DNA of 64,000 bases from the NCBI GenBank assembly GCA_024277205.1, contig JAJRVP010000013.1:72735-136734 (forward strand), in the 5' to 3' direction. The position numbers were made by a program, and so were the translations under genes. The notes below the pieces were generated by a model. That model worked only from the letters and a program-made list of their open reading frames with translations. It was not told the DNA's origin and searched no databases. The DNA is from an archaeon (GTDB lineage: Archaea > Nanobdellota > Nanobdellia > CSSed11-243R1). Positions 47,885-56,438 of this stretch are shown in pieces. How positions within the stretch are numbered: the first letter of the stretch is position 1; each line of letters starts with the position of its first letter.

Positions 47885-48175
47885 ATGATAAAAAGATTGA
47901 CGTTGCGGATTTCTAATGATGAAATCAGTGCGCTTGAGGAAATAGCCAAAGAGGAAGGTTTAATCAGAGACAATGGAAAAATAAATTATTCCAAGGTAAT
48001 AAGACATGTTATCATAGAGTATTATAAAGGCAAAGATACACACCAACTTAAAATTCCAGACTCAATAACAGATTATATAAAAGGGATTGTAGAGGATGGA
48101 ACGGCGGTAGATTACAATGATGCAGCATTGCTTCTAATGAGATACGGCATAGAAAGGATGGAAGAAAAGTATTAA
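47885..48175 (+). CDS. Ribbon-helix-helix (CopG/Arc-like) domain protein
   Basis: KRLTLRISNDEISALEEIAKEEG...SKVIRHVIIEY fits the beta-alphaA-alphaB RHH pattern. Confidence 0.4.
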   Translation: MIKRLTLRISNDEISALEEIAKEEGLIRDNGKINYSKVIRHVIIEYYKGKDTHQLKIPDSITDYIKGIVEDGTAVDYNDAALLLMRYGIERMEEKY

Positions 48176-49945
48176 TTAAGAGTAGTAGTATTCTCCTTTT
48201 TGTTTTTGTTCTCTATCCTTTACTGAGCCAAGTTTATTTATTCTTGGGCGTTTTGTTTGTCCATCGCGACGCATTGTTATATTAACCTCTTTAAGAAAAG
48301 TGTTCATTCCATCTTTCATTGAAATTGGTCCAATTGTTTCACCTCTTTTTGAAGGTTCACCTTTAAAAACAATTAATCTTTCAGAGATGTAATCTAAAAA
48401 TAAAATATCATGGTCAATAACAATTGCGGATGAATTTTTCTTTTTAACAATCTCCCTAATTGTTTTTGCAATTAAAAGACGCTGTTCAACATCTAAATGA
48501 GCAGAGGGTTCATCCAAAAGATAAACATCAGCATCTCTTGACAAACATGTAGCAATTGCAACTCTCTGAAGTTCTCCACCACTCAACTCATTTACTTTCT
48601 TATTAAGAAGATAGTCAATTTGTAAGGGTTTTATTATTTCAATTCTATAAGAATCAGTACCAAATTCTTTTGTAACAGATTGCAATGTTTCTGCAACAGT
48701 CAAGTCAGATTCTGCTTTAATGTACTGTGGCTTATAGGAAATTTTAATTTTTTTATCAATGCTCCCAGAATCCGGTTTTATTTCTCCTGCTAAAATTCTT
48801 GCAAAGGTTGTTTTTCCAGTTCCATTCTCTCCTAAAATACCAACGATTTCATTAACATAGATTTCTCCTTTAGAAACATAAAGCTCAAAATCTCCAAGTT
48901 TCTTTTTTAGTTCTTGCCATTTTGTTAATACAGGCGCAACTTGTTTTTTTTGTGGTGGGTGTACTTCAAATTGGATTGGATAATCTCTAAATCTTATGTT
49001 CTCATCTTTAAGATAACCAGAAAGATAAGTATTAATCCCATTTCTTGAAGACATTGGATGAGAAACAACACCATAAACACCACGCTTACCAAACATAATG
49101 TGCAATAAATCAGAGACATAATCCAAAACAATTAAATCGTGTTCAATTACATTTATGCTTGTTTCTTCATTAACAAGTTCATAAATTATTTCTGCAACAT
49201 TTAATCTTTGTTTTATATCCAAGTATGAAGAGGGCTCGTCAAAAAACATTACATTGGCACCCTTTAGTATTGTTGCTGCAATTGCAACTCTTTGAAGTTC
49301 TCCGCCAGAAATGTTTTTTATATCCCTACCCAATATTTGGAATATGCCTAACTTTTTAGTTAGTTCTTCAATTTTACCAATCTTATCAACTTTTTCAAGA
49401 AGTTCTCTAACTTTTCCATTGAATTCATTTGGAATTGCATCAACATATTGGGGCTTAACTGCAAGTTTTATTTCATTATTAAAAAGTTTCTCAAAATAAG
49501 CTTGTGCTTCTGTGCCTCTAAAAAATTTTAAAATTTCTTTTTTATCTGGACGTTCGTCAGGATTTCCAAGATTTGGATAAGTAATGCCAGCAAGAATAGA
49601 AATAGCTGTTGTTTTACCAATTCCATTCGGACCTAAAATACCAACAACTTTTCCAAAATGAGGTACAATTGTTCTGAAAAGTTTAAATCCGTTTTCAGAA
49701 TACCTATGAAGTGCTTGTGATTTTAATTCTTCTGGGAGATTAATAACATGAATACATTTTGCAGGACATTTTTTTACACAAATTCCACAAGCAATGCATA
49801 AATCTTCTGAGATTATTGGTTTTTCATCTTTACCAATTGTTATGCATTCTTTGCCAGCTCTAACAATCGGGCATACTTTCATGCAAAGATGGCTACAATT
49901 CTCAGGTGCAATACATTCGCTTTTTTTAATTACTGCAATTTTCAT
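48176..49945 (-). CDS. abcE1: ABCE1 / RNase L inhibitor (ribosome recycling factor)
   Basis: N-terminal 4Fe-4S ferredoxin motifs (CxxCxxC...CP twice) followed by two ABC ATPase domains (GPNGIGKTT / GENGTGKTT, LSGGELQR x2). Confidence 0.85.
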   Translation of the reverse strand: MKIAVIKKSECIAPENCSHLCMKVCPIVRAGKECITIGKDEKPIISEDLCIACGICVKKCPAKCIHVINLPEELKSQALHRYSENGFKLFRTIVPHFGKVVGILGPNGIGKTTAISILAGITYPNLGNPDERPDKKEILKFFRGTEAQAYFEKLFNNEIKLAVKPQYVDAIPNEFNGKVRELLEKVDKIGKIEELTKKLGIFQILGRDIKNISGGELQRVAIAATILKGANVMFFDEPSSYLDIKQRLNVAEIIYELVNEETSINVIEHDLIVLDYVSDLLHIMFGKRGVYGVVSHPMSSRNGINTYLSGYLKDENIRFRDYPIQFEVHPPQKKQVAPVLTKWQELKKKLGDFELYVSKGEIYVNEIVGILGENGTGKTTFARILAGEIKPDSGSIDKKIKISYKPQYIKAESDLTVAETLQSVTKEFGTDSYRIEIIKPLQIDYLLNKKVNELSGGELQRVAIATCLSRDADVYLLDEPSAHLDVEQRLLIAKTIREIVKKKNSSAIVIDHDILFLDYISERLIVFKGEPSKRGETIGPISMKDGMNTFLKEVNITMRRDGQTKRPRINKLGSVKDREQKQKGEYYYS

Positions 49946-50252
49946 GAAAAAAAGAAGAAATTAATCATTTTTTAAAGCTTGCTTATTTGGCTTTCTTTTG
50001 GCATATTAAAAATCTGTGAGAATTAGTTTTAATTCCTTATTAAGATAATTTTTAACTACTTTTTTAAAATCCCATTTCTTGCCAATTATCTTTGTTCTCT
50101 TCTTAAGTTTACTAAAGTCCCAACCAATTACAGAACCAACCCTTTCGTACAATTGTTTGTAGTTTGTCATATCATAGGGTATTTTTTCATGGTTTATAAA
50201 TTTGCTTAACTCTTCCTAAATATTTAATAAATCCTCTGTTCTAAAAAAGTAT

Positions 50253-51434
50253 ATGTTAATTGGGGTTGTTGGAAAGGCAAATGTTGGAAAATCAACTTTT
50301 TTTAAAGCAGCAACTTTAGCTCCAGCAGAAATTGGACCTCATCCCTTTGTTACAATCAAGCCAAACAGAGCAATTGCATATGTAAAAACAAAATGCCCTT
50401 GTACAGAATTAAAAATCAAATGCAATCCAAAAAATTCTCCTTGCATTGATGGAAATAGATTTGTACCTTTTGAAATTCTTGATGTTGCAGGACTTATTCC
50501 AGGAGCACATCTTGGAAAGGGTTTGGGGAACAAATTTTTAGATGATTTAAGACAAGCAGATTGTTTAATTCATGTCTTAGATGCTGCTGGGGCCACAGAT
50601 GAAAAAGGAAATCCTGTTGCTCCAGGGACAAGGAATCCTGCTGAAGATCTTGTATTTTTAAACGAAGAATTTGATTTTTGGCTTCAAGACATCTTAATGA
50701 ATCATTTTAAGAAAAAGCACAACCAACCAATATCTGCAAAACAAGTAGAAGAAGTGCTTTCTGGTTTAAAAATCAAAAAAGAACACATACTAAATGCAGA
50801 GAAAACAAGTAAATTAAAGATTTCAAACATAACTAAATGGAAAGATGAACAATTTTTAGAATTTGCAATTGCATTAAGAATTGAATCAAAGCCAATGGTT
50901 TTTGCTGCAAATAAGTGTGATATTGGAATCGCCCGTGAAAATGTTAAAAAACTAAAAGAAAGATTTCCAATATATTCTTTTATTCCAACCTCTGCAGAAT
51001 CAGAACTTGTTTTAAGAGAGGCTACTGAAAAAAAACTGATTAAATATATCCCTGGAGACTCTGACTTTGAAATAATTGGAGAATTAACTGAAAAACAAAA
51101 GCAAGCTCTTGATTTTGTCAAAGAAAAAGTTTTGAAAATTCTTGGGAATACAGGTGTTCAGGAATGCATAAACAAAGCTGTTTTTGATTTAATGAAATGC
51201 ATTGTTGTTTTTCCAGTTGAGGATGAGAATAAATTAACTAATAAAGAAGGAAATATTCTTCCAGACGCATACATTCTCCCAAAGGATTCTACTGCTCTTG
51301 ATTTAGCGTATAAAATCCACACAGATATAGGAGAAAAATTTATTGGCGCAATCGATTGTAGAACAAAAAGAAAAATTGGAAAAGACACAAAATTAAAAAA
51401 TGGAGACATAATTAAGATTTTGACAGGAAAGTAA
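50253..51434 (+). CDS. ychF: YchF/OLA1-family GTPase with a C-terminal TGS domain
   Basis: G1 GKANVGKST, G3 DVAGLIPGA, and a C-terminal TGS-like KLKNGDIIKI. Confidence 0.7.
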   Translation: MLIGVVGKANVGKSTFFKAATLAPAEIGPHPFVTIKPNRAIAYVKTKCPCTELKIKCNPKNSPCIDGNRFVPFEILDVAGLIPGAHLGKGLGNKFLDDLRQADCLIHVLDAAGATDEKGNPVAPGTRNPAEDLVFLNEEFDFWLQDILMNHFKKKHNQPISAKQVEEVLSGLKIKKEHILNAEKTSKLKISNITKWKDEQFLEFAIALRIESKPMVFAANKCDIGIARENVKKLKERFPIYSFIPTSAESELVLREATEKKLIKYIPGDSDFEIIGELTEKQKQALDFVKEKVLKILGNTGVQECINKAVFDLMKCIVVFPVEDENKLTNKEGNILPDAYILPKDSTALDLAYKIHTDIGEKFIGAIDCRTKRKIGKDTKLKNGDIIKILTGK

Positions 51435-51435
51435 A

Positions 51436-51669
51436 TCACATCAATTCTCTAACTGTGTAATCGGTTAAAATTAAAATTGAAAACCCAAGCAAAAATGAAA
51501 CTAAAAAACTTAATGGGGGGCTATTAGGAAATAAAAATTCATCCATTAGTCCCCAAATGCCTCTCCAAAATGAAATGACTGCAAATGCAATTATCAATGC
51601 AAAAGCAGTTTGGTGCTTTGATTTCATCTTAGATATTTTCTTAAACATAATTATCAAATTGTGAAACAA
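51436..51669 (-). CDS. Small membrane protein
   Basis: Two TM helices. Confidence 0.3.
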   Translation of the reverse strand: MFHNLIIMFKKISKMKSKHQTAFALIIAFAVISFWRGIWGLMDEFLFPNSPPLSFLVSFLLGFSILILTDYTVRELM

Positions 51670-51730
51670 TTATTTAAGCATTTCTAACAAATCCACATAT
51701 ATTTATAACATTAGATAGATTTATTTTTTT

Positions 51731-52312
51731 ATGGCGCTTGAAGGTGTTGGAGACATACTAAAAATTCCACAAGAAATTATTATTGATATACTATCAAATC
51801 TAAATATTCCAGCCCAATTCCTAACTCCTTTATTTTCAATTCCATATGCAAATGAGATTTCCCTTGTAGTCATTGGATTATTTACAATTATTTCAATATT
51901 TGTAGGAATAAAATGGATACTAAAACTCGTTGGGATTGCCTTTGTGATTGTTGGGTTTTTACAAGGGATTGGTGGTGGAATAACTGCAGTCATTATAATT
52001 CTTGGAATTGCAGTCTTGGTTAAAATTCTAAGAAAAATTTTAGGCAAGGGTGAAGGATTTGGTAAAGGTCTTGGCAAAGAAGAAAAAATGCCTGAAATTA
52101 AAGAGGAAGAGTTTAAAATGCCTGAAATGGGTGGCGAAGAAGAATTTAAAATGCCAGAAGAAAAACCAGAAGCACCAATTCAACCTGAAATGCCTCAAGT
52201 CCCATCACAAACAATGCCACAACAAAGAGTTTGTCCATATTGTAGTTCTCCACTCACTTATATTTCACAGTATCAAAGATATTACTGCTCAAGGTGCCAG
52301 ATGTATATTTAG
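51731..52312 (+). CDS. Membrane protein with a repeat linker and a C-terminal zinc ribbon
   Basis: Three TM helices, EEFKMPE x3 repeats, CPYCSS...CSRC. Confidence 0.4.
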   Translation: MALEGVGDILKIPQEIIIDILSNLNIPAQFLTPLFSIPYANEISLVVIGLFTIISIFVGIKWILKLVGIAFVIVGFLQGIGGGITAVIIILGIAVLVKILRKILGKGEGFGKGLGKEEKMPEIKEEEFKMPEMGGEEEFKMPEEKPEAPIQPEMPQVPSQTMPQQRVCPYCSSPLTYISQYQRYYCSRCQMYI

Positions 52313-53280
52313 TCTAAATCCTGAATCTCGCCAAAACCGACAAATCTCATCTTCTTGTTGGGATCAACTACAAAAACTTTCATATTCTCAATGAAAGCAA
52401 TAGGTTTTTCAAAATCGCAAACAATCCAGTTTTCCTGACCAGGATGCACATCTCCGACCTCTACTTTGAAAGTCGCATAATTCATTCCGATAATAACAGA
52501 AAGGATTTGACTTGTTTTTATTGGCCCCTTTAAGAATTTTACTGCCTTTAATCTGATTCTTGCCTTTTTAGCCTTTCTCCCAAAATTGCTTAGAAGAACA
52601 CCTCTATGAACATTATCTATTCTCAAATCTTTTAAACACAATCCTACCCTATCTCCTGGATAGGCATCTGGATAATTCGCATCATGTTTCTGGATAGATT
52701 TTATTGTTGTTTCCTTCTCTTCAGGAAGAACTAAAATTTTGTCATAAACTTTGATGCTCCCGCCTTTTAAGATGCTCAAAACAACTGTGCCAACACCCTT
52801 GACAACAAAAGAGTGGTCAACAAACATATATGGCTTGTTGTTCTCTTTCCTTTTGATATCAACCTCAAAAGCCTTTATTCTCAATTCATTAATTGAATTA
52901 TCATCTACAAAGTCAAAGAATGTGTAGCTTTCAAGTGAGGTACCTTTTATCAACTCTTTAAGTTGCTCAAGGACATAATCCTTTGCAAATATGAAACCTT
53001 TGTCAAATTTTGCAGCATCAAGTGCAAGCAAAATTTCGCCGAGTTCTTTGGATACCTCATTTACTACTAAAATAGGAAAATCACACAAGTGGATGGTGTA
53101 AAAAAGAGTTTGGATTTTGTCAGGATATGTGTGTGGAAGGATTGTTGTTATTATTTTATCACCTGCCTTCATATTGTACAGAGTAATATCACTCTTAGTT
53201 CCCTCTTTACCAAACGCCTTGGCTACTTTTTGCATCAACTCTAAATCATTTCCGAAGATACCTATGTTTAGTGATTTCAT
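52309..53280 (-). CDS. EF-Tu/aIF2-gamma-like protein with a degenerate G domain (pseudo-GTPase)
   Basis: Domain II beta barrel (FVVKGVGTVVLSILKGGSIKVYDKILVLP...GDRVGLCLKDLRIDNVHRGVLL) and domain III are intact. The N-terminal region has NIGIFGN in place of a P-loop, and there is no NKxD. Confidence 0.5.
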   Translation of the reverse strand: MKSLNIGIFGNDLELMQKVAKAFGKEGTKSDITLYNMKAGDKIITTILPHTYPDKIQTLFYTIHLCDFPILVVNEVSKELGEILLALDAAKFDKGFIFAKDYVLEQLKELIKGTSLESYTFFDFVDDNSINELRIKAFEVDIKRKENNKPYMFVDHSFVVKGVGTVVLSILKGGSIKVYDKILVLPEEKETTIKSIQKHDANYPDAYPGDRVGLCLKDLRIDNVHRGVLLSNFGRKAKKARIRLKAVKFLKGPIKTSQILSVIIGMNYATFKVEVGDVHPGQENWIVCDFEKPIAFIENMKVFVVDPNKKMRFVGFGEIQDLD

Positions 53281-53318
53281 AAACCGAAAACAAAAAACAG
53301 ACATTTATATATCTTTCA

Positions 53319-53885
53319 CTAAATAGAGAATTCATAAACAAAAATGTCTTCAAAATTAATGTGCTTTTTATCTAAAAGTTTTGCTTTGTAGCCAAGTTTT
53401 TTTGCAACTTCTAAAACTTTTTTTGGATTTGTTAATGAAGAAAAAACCATAACAATTTGGCCCTTCTTATTCAAATGTTTTTTTGCCTCTTTCAAAAATT
53501 TAGCAATAGTTTCCCAACCCTCTTTTCCACCTGTTGTATCAATCTCCTTATCATATTTTGACTCTGGCAAATATGGTGGATTAAATATGATAAAATCAAA
53601 TTTTTCAGGAACATTTGAAAACAAATCACTTTCACGAAATTCCACATTCTCAAAAATATGAAATGCATTTTTGCAATATTCAATTGCTTCGGGATTTTTG
53701 TCAACCGCAATTACTTTTTTTGCTTTTGGTGCTGCTGCAAATGCCTGAATCCCTGTACCTGTGCCCATATCAAGAACATCCCCATGTGCTAATTTCTCTA
53801 CCCATTTTTTCAATAAATATGAATCTTCTCTGGGTAAGTATATCATAATAAATTTAGGGATATAAATAAATAAAAGCTTATCCAA
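53319..53885 (-). CDS. HemK/Mtq2-type N5-glutamine methyltransferase (release-factor methyltransferase-like)
   Basis: VLDMGTGTGIQ SAM motif and FNPPY catalytic motif. The start may be the internal Met at about 53846. Confidence 0.65.
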   Translation of the reverse strand: MDKLLFIYIPKFIMIYLPREDSYLLKKWVEKLAHGDVLDMGTGTGIQAFAAAPKAKKVIAVDKNPEAIEYCKNAFHIFENVEFRESDLFSNVPEKFDFIIFNPPYLPESKYDKEIDTTGGKEGWETIAKFLKEAKKHLNKKGQIVMVFSSLTNPKKVLEVAKKLGYKAKLLDKKHINFEDIFVYEFSI

Positions 53886-53919
53886 AACCTTAAATTATAC
53901 AAAATGATTTATAATTATA

Positions 53920-54306
53920 ATGGTAATGTTAGAAGATGTAGAAAAATTCGAAATTGAACTTAACAAACGCATAGAACGTTTAAGCAATAGTCTAAAAAAC
54001 TTATTTAATCAAGAAGTTAAAATAAATAAAGAAATATTCGAATTAACCAAACGAACTGAAAAAATAAGAAAAAAGTTAAAAGAAGAAGAGGAAAAACAAA
54101 ATCCTGATGAAAGAGAAATTATTGCTTTAGAAAATGAGATTTCTAGTTTACAGCAAAAAAGACATTATCTATTGCAAGAAGAAGAAAAAAAATTAAAGGA
54201 AATTCTTAGACATCTAGAAGAAATAGAAAGTTCTCAATTTGATGAAGAAGCCAAAGAAAGAATCAAAAAGCAATTACTAGCTCGATACTACGGAATCAAA
54301 ACATAA
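53920..54306 (+). CDS. Coiled-coil protein
   Basis: ORF, KE-rich heptads. Confidence 0.35.
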   Translation: MVMLEDVEKFEIELNKRIERLSNSLKNLFNQEVKINKEIFELTKRTEKIRKKLKEEEEKQNPDEREIIALENEISSLQQKRHYLLQEEEKKLKEILRHLEEIESSQFDEEAKERIKKQLLARYYGIKT

Positions 54307-54348
54307 TATTTATAAGTATGTAACTACTTAATAGTAGAGGTAATCAAA

Positions 54349-54783
54349 ATGAAAAATGCCGCTCATCAAATATATGGCTCTGCATTAGATGATTTGATTA
54401 ATCAACAAAATAGACTATTTGACAAATTTGAATGTTTTCATGATGAAATATTTTCTAAAAAAGATTCAGAATTAACCAGTACAGATGTTATGAGAATAAA
54501 TCAAAGATTATATGATTTTTTCAATGAGTACTCCTTTTTAGAAACCCTTTCAGAGAGAGTTAGCTACCTCAAAAAAGAATATGACAATGAATTAGAAGAA
54601 AAATTTAAGGGTAAAGAAGACATCTCAACTGTATTATTCGACTTAATAAATAACAAGATAGGACAAATAGATGTTGTAATAGAAATGCTACAACTTAGGA
54701 AATACCCGCTTCTTAAATTTGGAGAAGTTGCAGAAGAATATGCAAATCCATTGATTGAGCCAAATCCACTAATCTATGCATAA
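54349..54783 (+). CDS. Hypothetical protein
   Basis: ORF only. Confidence 0.35.
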   Translation: MKNAAHQIYGSALDDLINQQNRLFDKFECFHDEIFSKKDSELTSTDVMRINQRLYDFFNEYSFLETLSERVSYLKKEYDNELEEKFKGKEDISTVLFDLINNKIGQIDVVIEMLQLRKYPLLKFGEVAEEYANPLIEPNPLIYA

Positions 54784-54844
54784 CCCTAAAGTGGTATGGA
54801 AACGTTTTTATATTTATAATGATTAATATATAATCTCCTATTTG

Positions 54845-55320
54845 GGCATTTCGATGGACCAATAGGCGTGGGACTCATATAACCTCTAATCCGCTGAAAA
54901 GGTCCACATCTGTAACGAGATAGGGCCTTTGAATCTCAACACAGATGCTGCGGGTTAAGTTATTTGAGCCCACAGGGTGCTAGTTTGTTTGGCTTGGACC
55001 TGACCTTCGGGTCAAAGTGAGTCAAACAAAAAACACCCTCATCGAGCCCAAAAACAGCAATAAAGTCTTTTGCTTCGGCATTGGATTAATATTGTTGTTT
55101 TTTGTCTTCGGGCAGTTCAGAGGACCGAAAGGCGAGATAACTCATTAAACCTCTGGTTGCAAAACAACCCAGGTTTTGTATGGGATTGGGCCTTGAATCC
55201 CATATAAGATCCAGCAACTAAGTTTAATGAAATCTCAGGAAGAAACTTCACTTGTGGTTGGGTTGACTCATCAGAGCTTTGGAACCACAAGGAAGCAAAA
55301 CTTCCTCTCTGAGCCCAATG
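54845..55320 (+). ncRNA. Structured non-coding RNA of unknown class (candidates: SRP RNA or divergent RNase P RNA)
   Basis: About 475-nt stretch with no ORF, visibly GC-rich against the AT-rich background. It carries three UUCG-type tetraloop hairpins (ccTTCGgg, gcTTCGgc, tcTTCGgg) and long imperfect helices (e.g. AGGAAGAAACUUCACUUGUGGUU...AACCACAAGGAAGCAAAACUUCCU). A TATA-like TTTATATTTATAA lies at 54807-54819 upstream, and an oligo-T tract at 55321-55345 downstream. Confidence 0.45.
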
Positions 55321-55377
55321 TTTTTCTTTTTTTGTTTTTTCTAAATATTTATTAACACCAAATTTTTATCTTTAGAC

Positions 55378-55926
55378 ATGGAGATTGTTTTAATTTCAGT
55401 TATTGTTGCAATTGCTGCGTCTATTGGTGGATTAATTGCAATGTTCACTAAAAAAGAAATGGAACAATATGATAAATGGATAAACTATTCTGAACTAATT
55501 GTTTCATTAATTCTTGCAATTTTAATGATAACTCTTTATCAAACATGGACAATCTTGTTTCTCATAATTGGTGCTTCTTTTGTTATGCTTGCGAATAAAT
55601 TTTTGTTCCACATACATTTAAGTAGGTATTTGAGAATGCTCATGTTTGGACTTGCTCTTGGAATCCTTTTTAGCATAAATCGTGAAACAGCATTTATTTT
55701 TGGAACAATTGTTGCAATCCACAATATAATAAAAGGAAGTAGGGTTGGTGCTTATTTTATTCCAAAAAGAAAGAATATATTCAAAAAAATTGGAAATTTT
55801 CAAGCAATTTTTATTTTGGCTGCCTTAGCAGGATTTTACATGATAACACTACCTATTTACCAAGCAATGACTTTGAATTTTGCAGCTGGTGCTGTAATAG
55901 CAACTGTTTTTGGAACTAAGATATAG
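55378..55926 (+). CDS. Membrane protein
   Basis: Five or six TM helices. Confidence 0.35.
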   Translation: MEIVLISVIVAIAASIGGLIAMFTKKEMEQYDKWINYSELIVSLILAILMITLYQTWTILFLIIGASFVMLANKFLFHIHLSRYLRMLMFGLALGILFSINRETAFIFGTIVAIHNIIKGSRVGAYFIPKRKNIFKKIGNFQAIFILAALAGFYMITLPIYQAMTLNFAAGAVIATVFGTKI

Positions 55927-56326
55927 TCTTTGCTAATTCTGCTAATGGATGTCCTTTTACTTTTGTTTCAAATTCTTTATAATAACCAAAAGGTGCGCGG
56001 AAAACTTCAATTCCTTTTTCCTTTGCAAAAGATTCCATCTCCTTAAGAATTGTTATTGCAATTGAGGGTGTTGCTAAATTCTTTGAAAGATGTGCATAAG
56101 GATAAATTAAAAGAGAATCTGCTTTAACCTCATCAATTTGTTTTTTAATTGCAATAATTGCATTTCTTCCTGTTTCTGGCAAATCATTTTTTTCAACAGT
56201 AACTAAAGCAACAATCACATTCCTAAATTCTTTTTCTTCACCATCGCGATTTTCTGGCAAAGTTTTCATTGCTGGTTTAGTGACTTTATAACGAAAATAA
56301 TCGCAGTGCCATTGAAGCAGTTTCAC
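55916..56326 (-). CDS. Free-standing threonyl-tRNA synthetase editing domain (archaeal ThrRS N-terminal-domain homolog)
   Basis: LLQWHCDYFRYKV, IYPYAHLSKNLATPSIA and APFGYYKEFETKVKGHPLAELAKTI closely follow the archaeal ThrRS editing domain (..HSDYIEYEV / PFAHLS..LAKPS / APFGYYKAF...KGHPLAELSRTI). Confidence 0.75.
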   Translation of the reverse strand: MKLLQWHCDYFRYKVTKPAMKTLPENRDGEEKEFRNVIVALVTVEKNDLPETGRNAIIAIKKQIDEVKADSLLIYPYAHLSKNLATPSIAITILKEMESFAKEKGIEVFRAPFGYYKEFETKVKGHPLAELAKTIS

Positions 56327-56438
56327 AATCTCACCATCCTATCTTCTTTTGGCCAAGCTTTTCTTTTTAAGAAAAGGTTGTGCCATTGAAGTATTCTCAT
56401 ATTATCACCTTTTTCCGTTAACGCTTTTTCTAAAAGGG

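Noticed and set aside
54784-55377. Possible tRNA gene(s) in the GC-rich island
   Set aside because: No canonical T-arm (GTTCRANYC) or acceptor/CCA arrangement could be found by eye. The region is better explained as a larger structured RNA.
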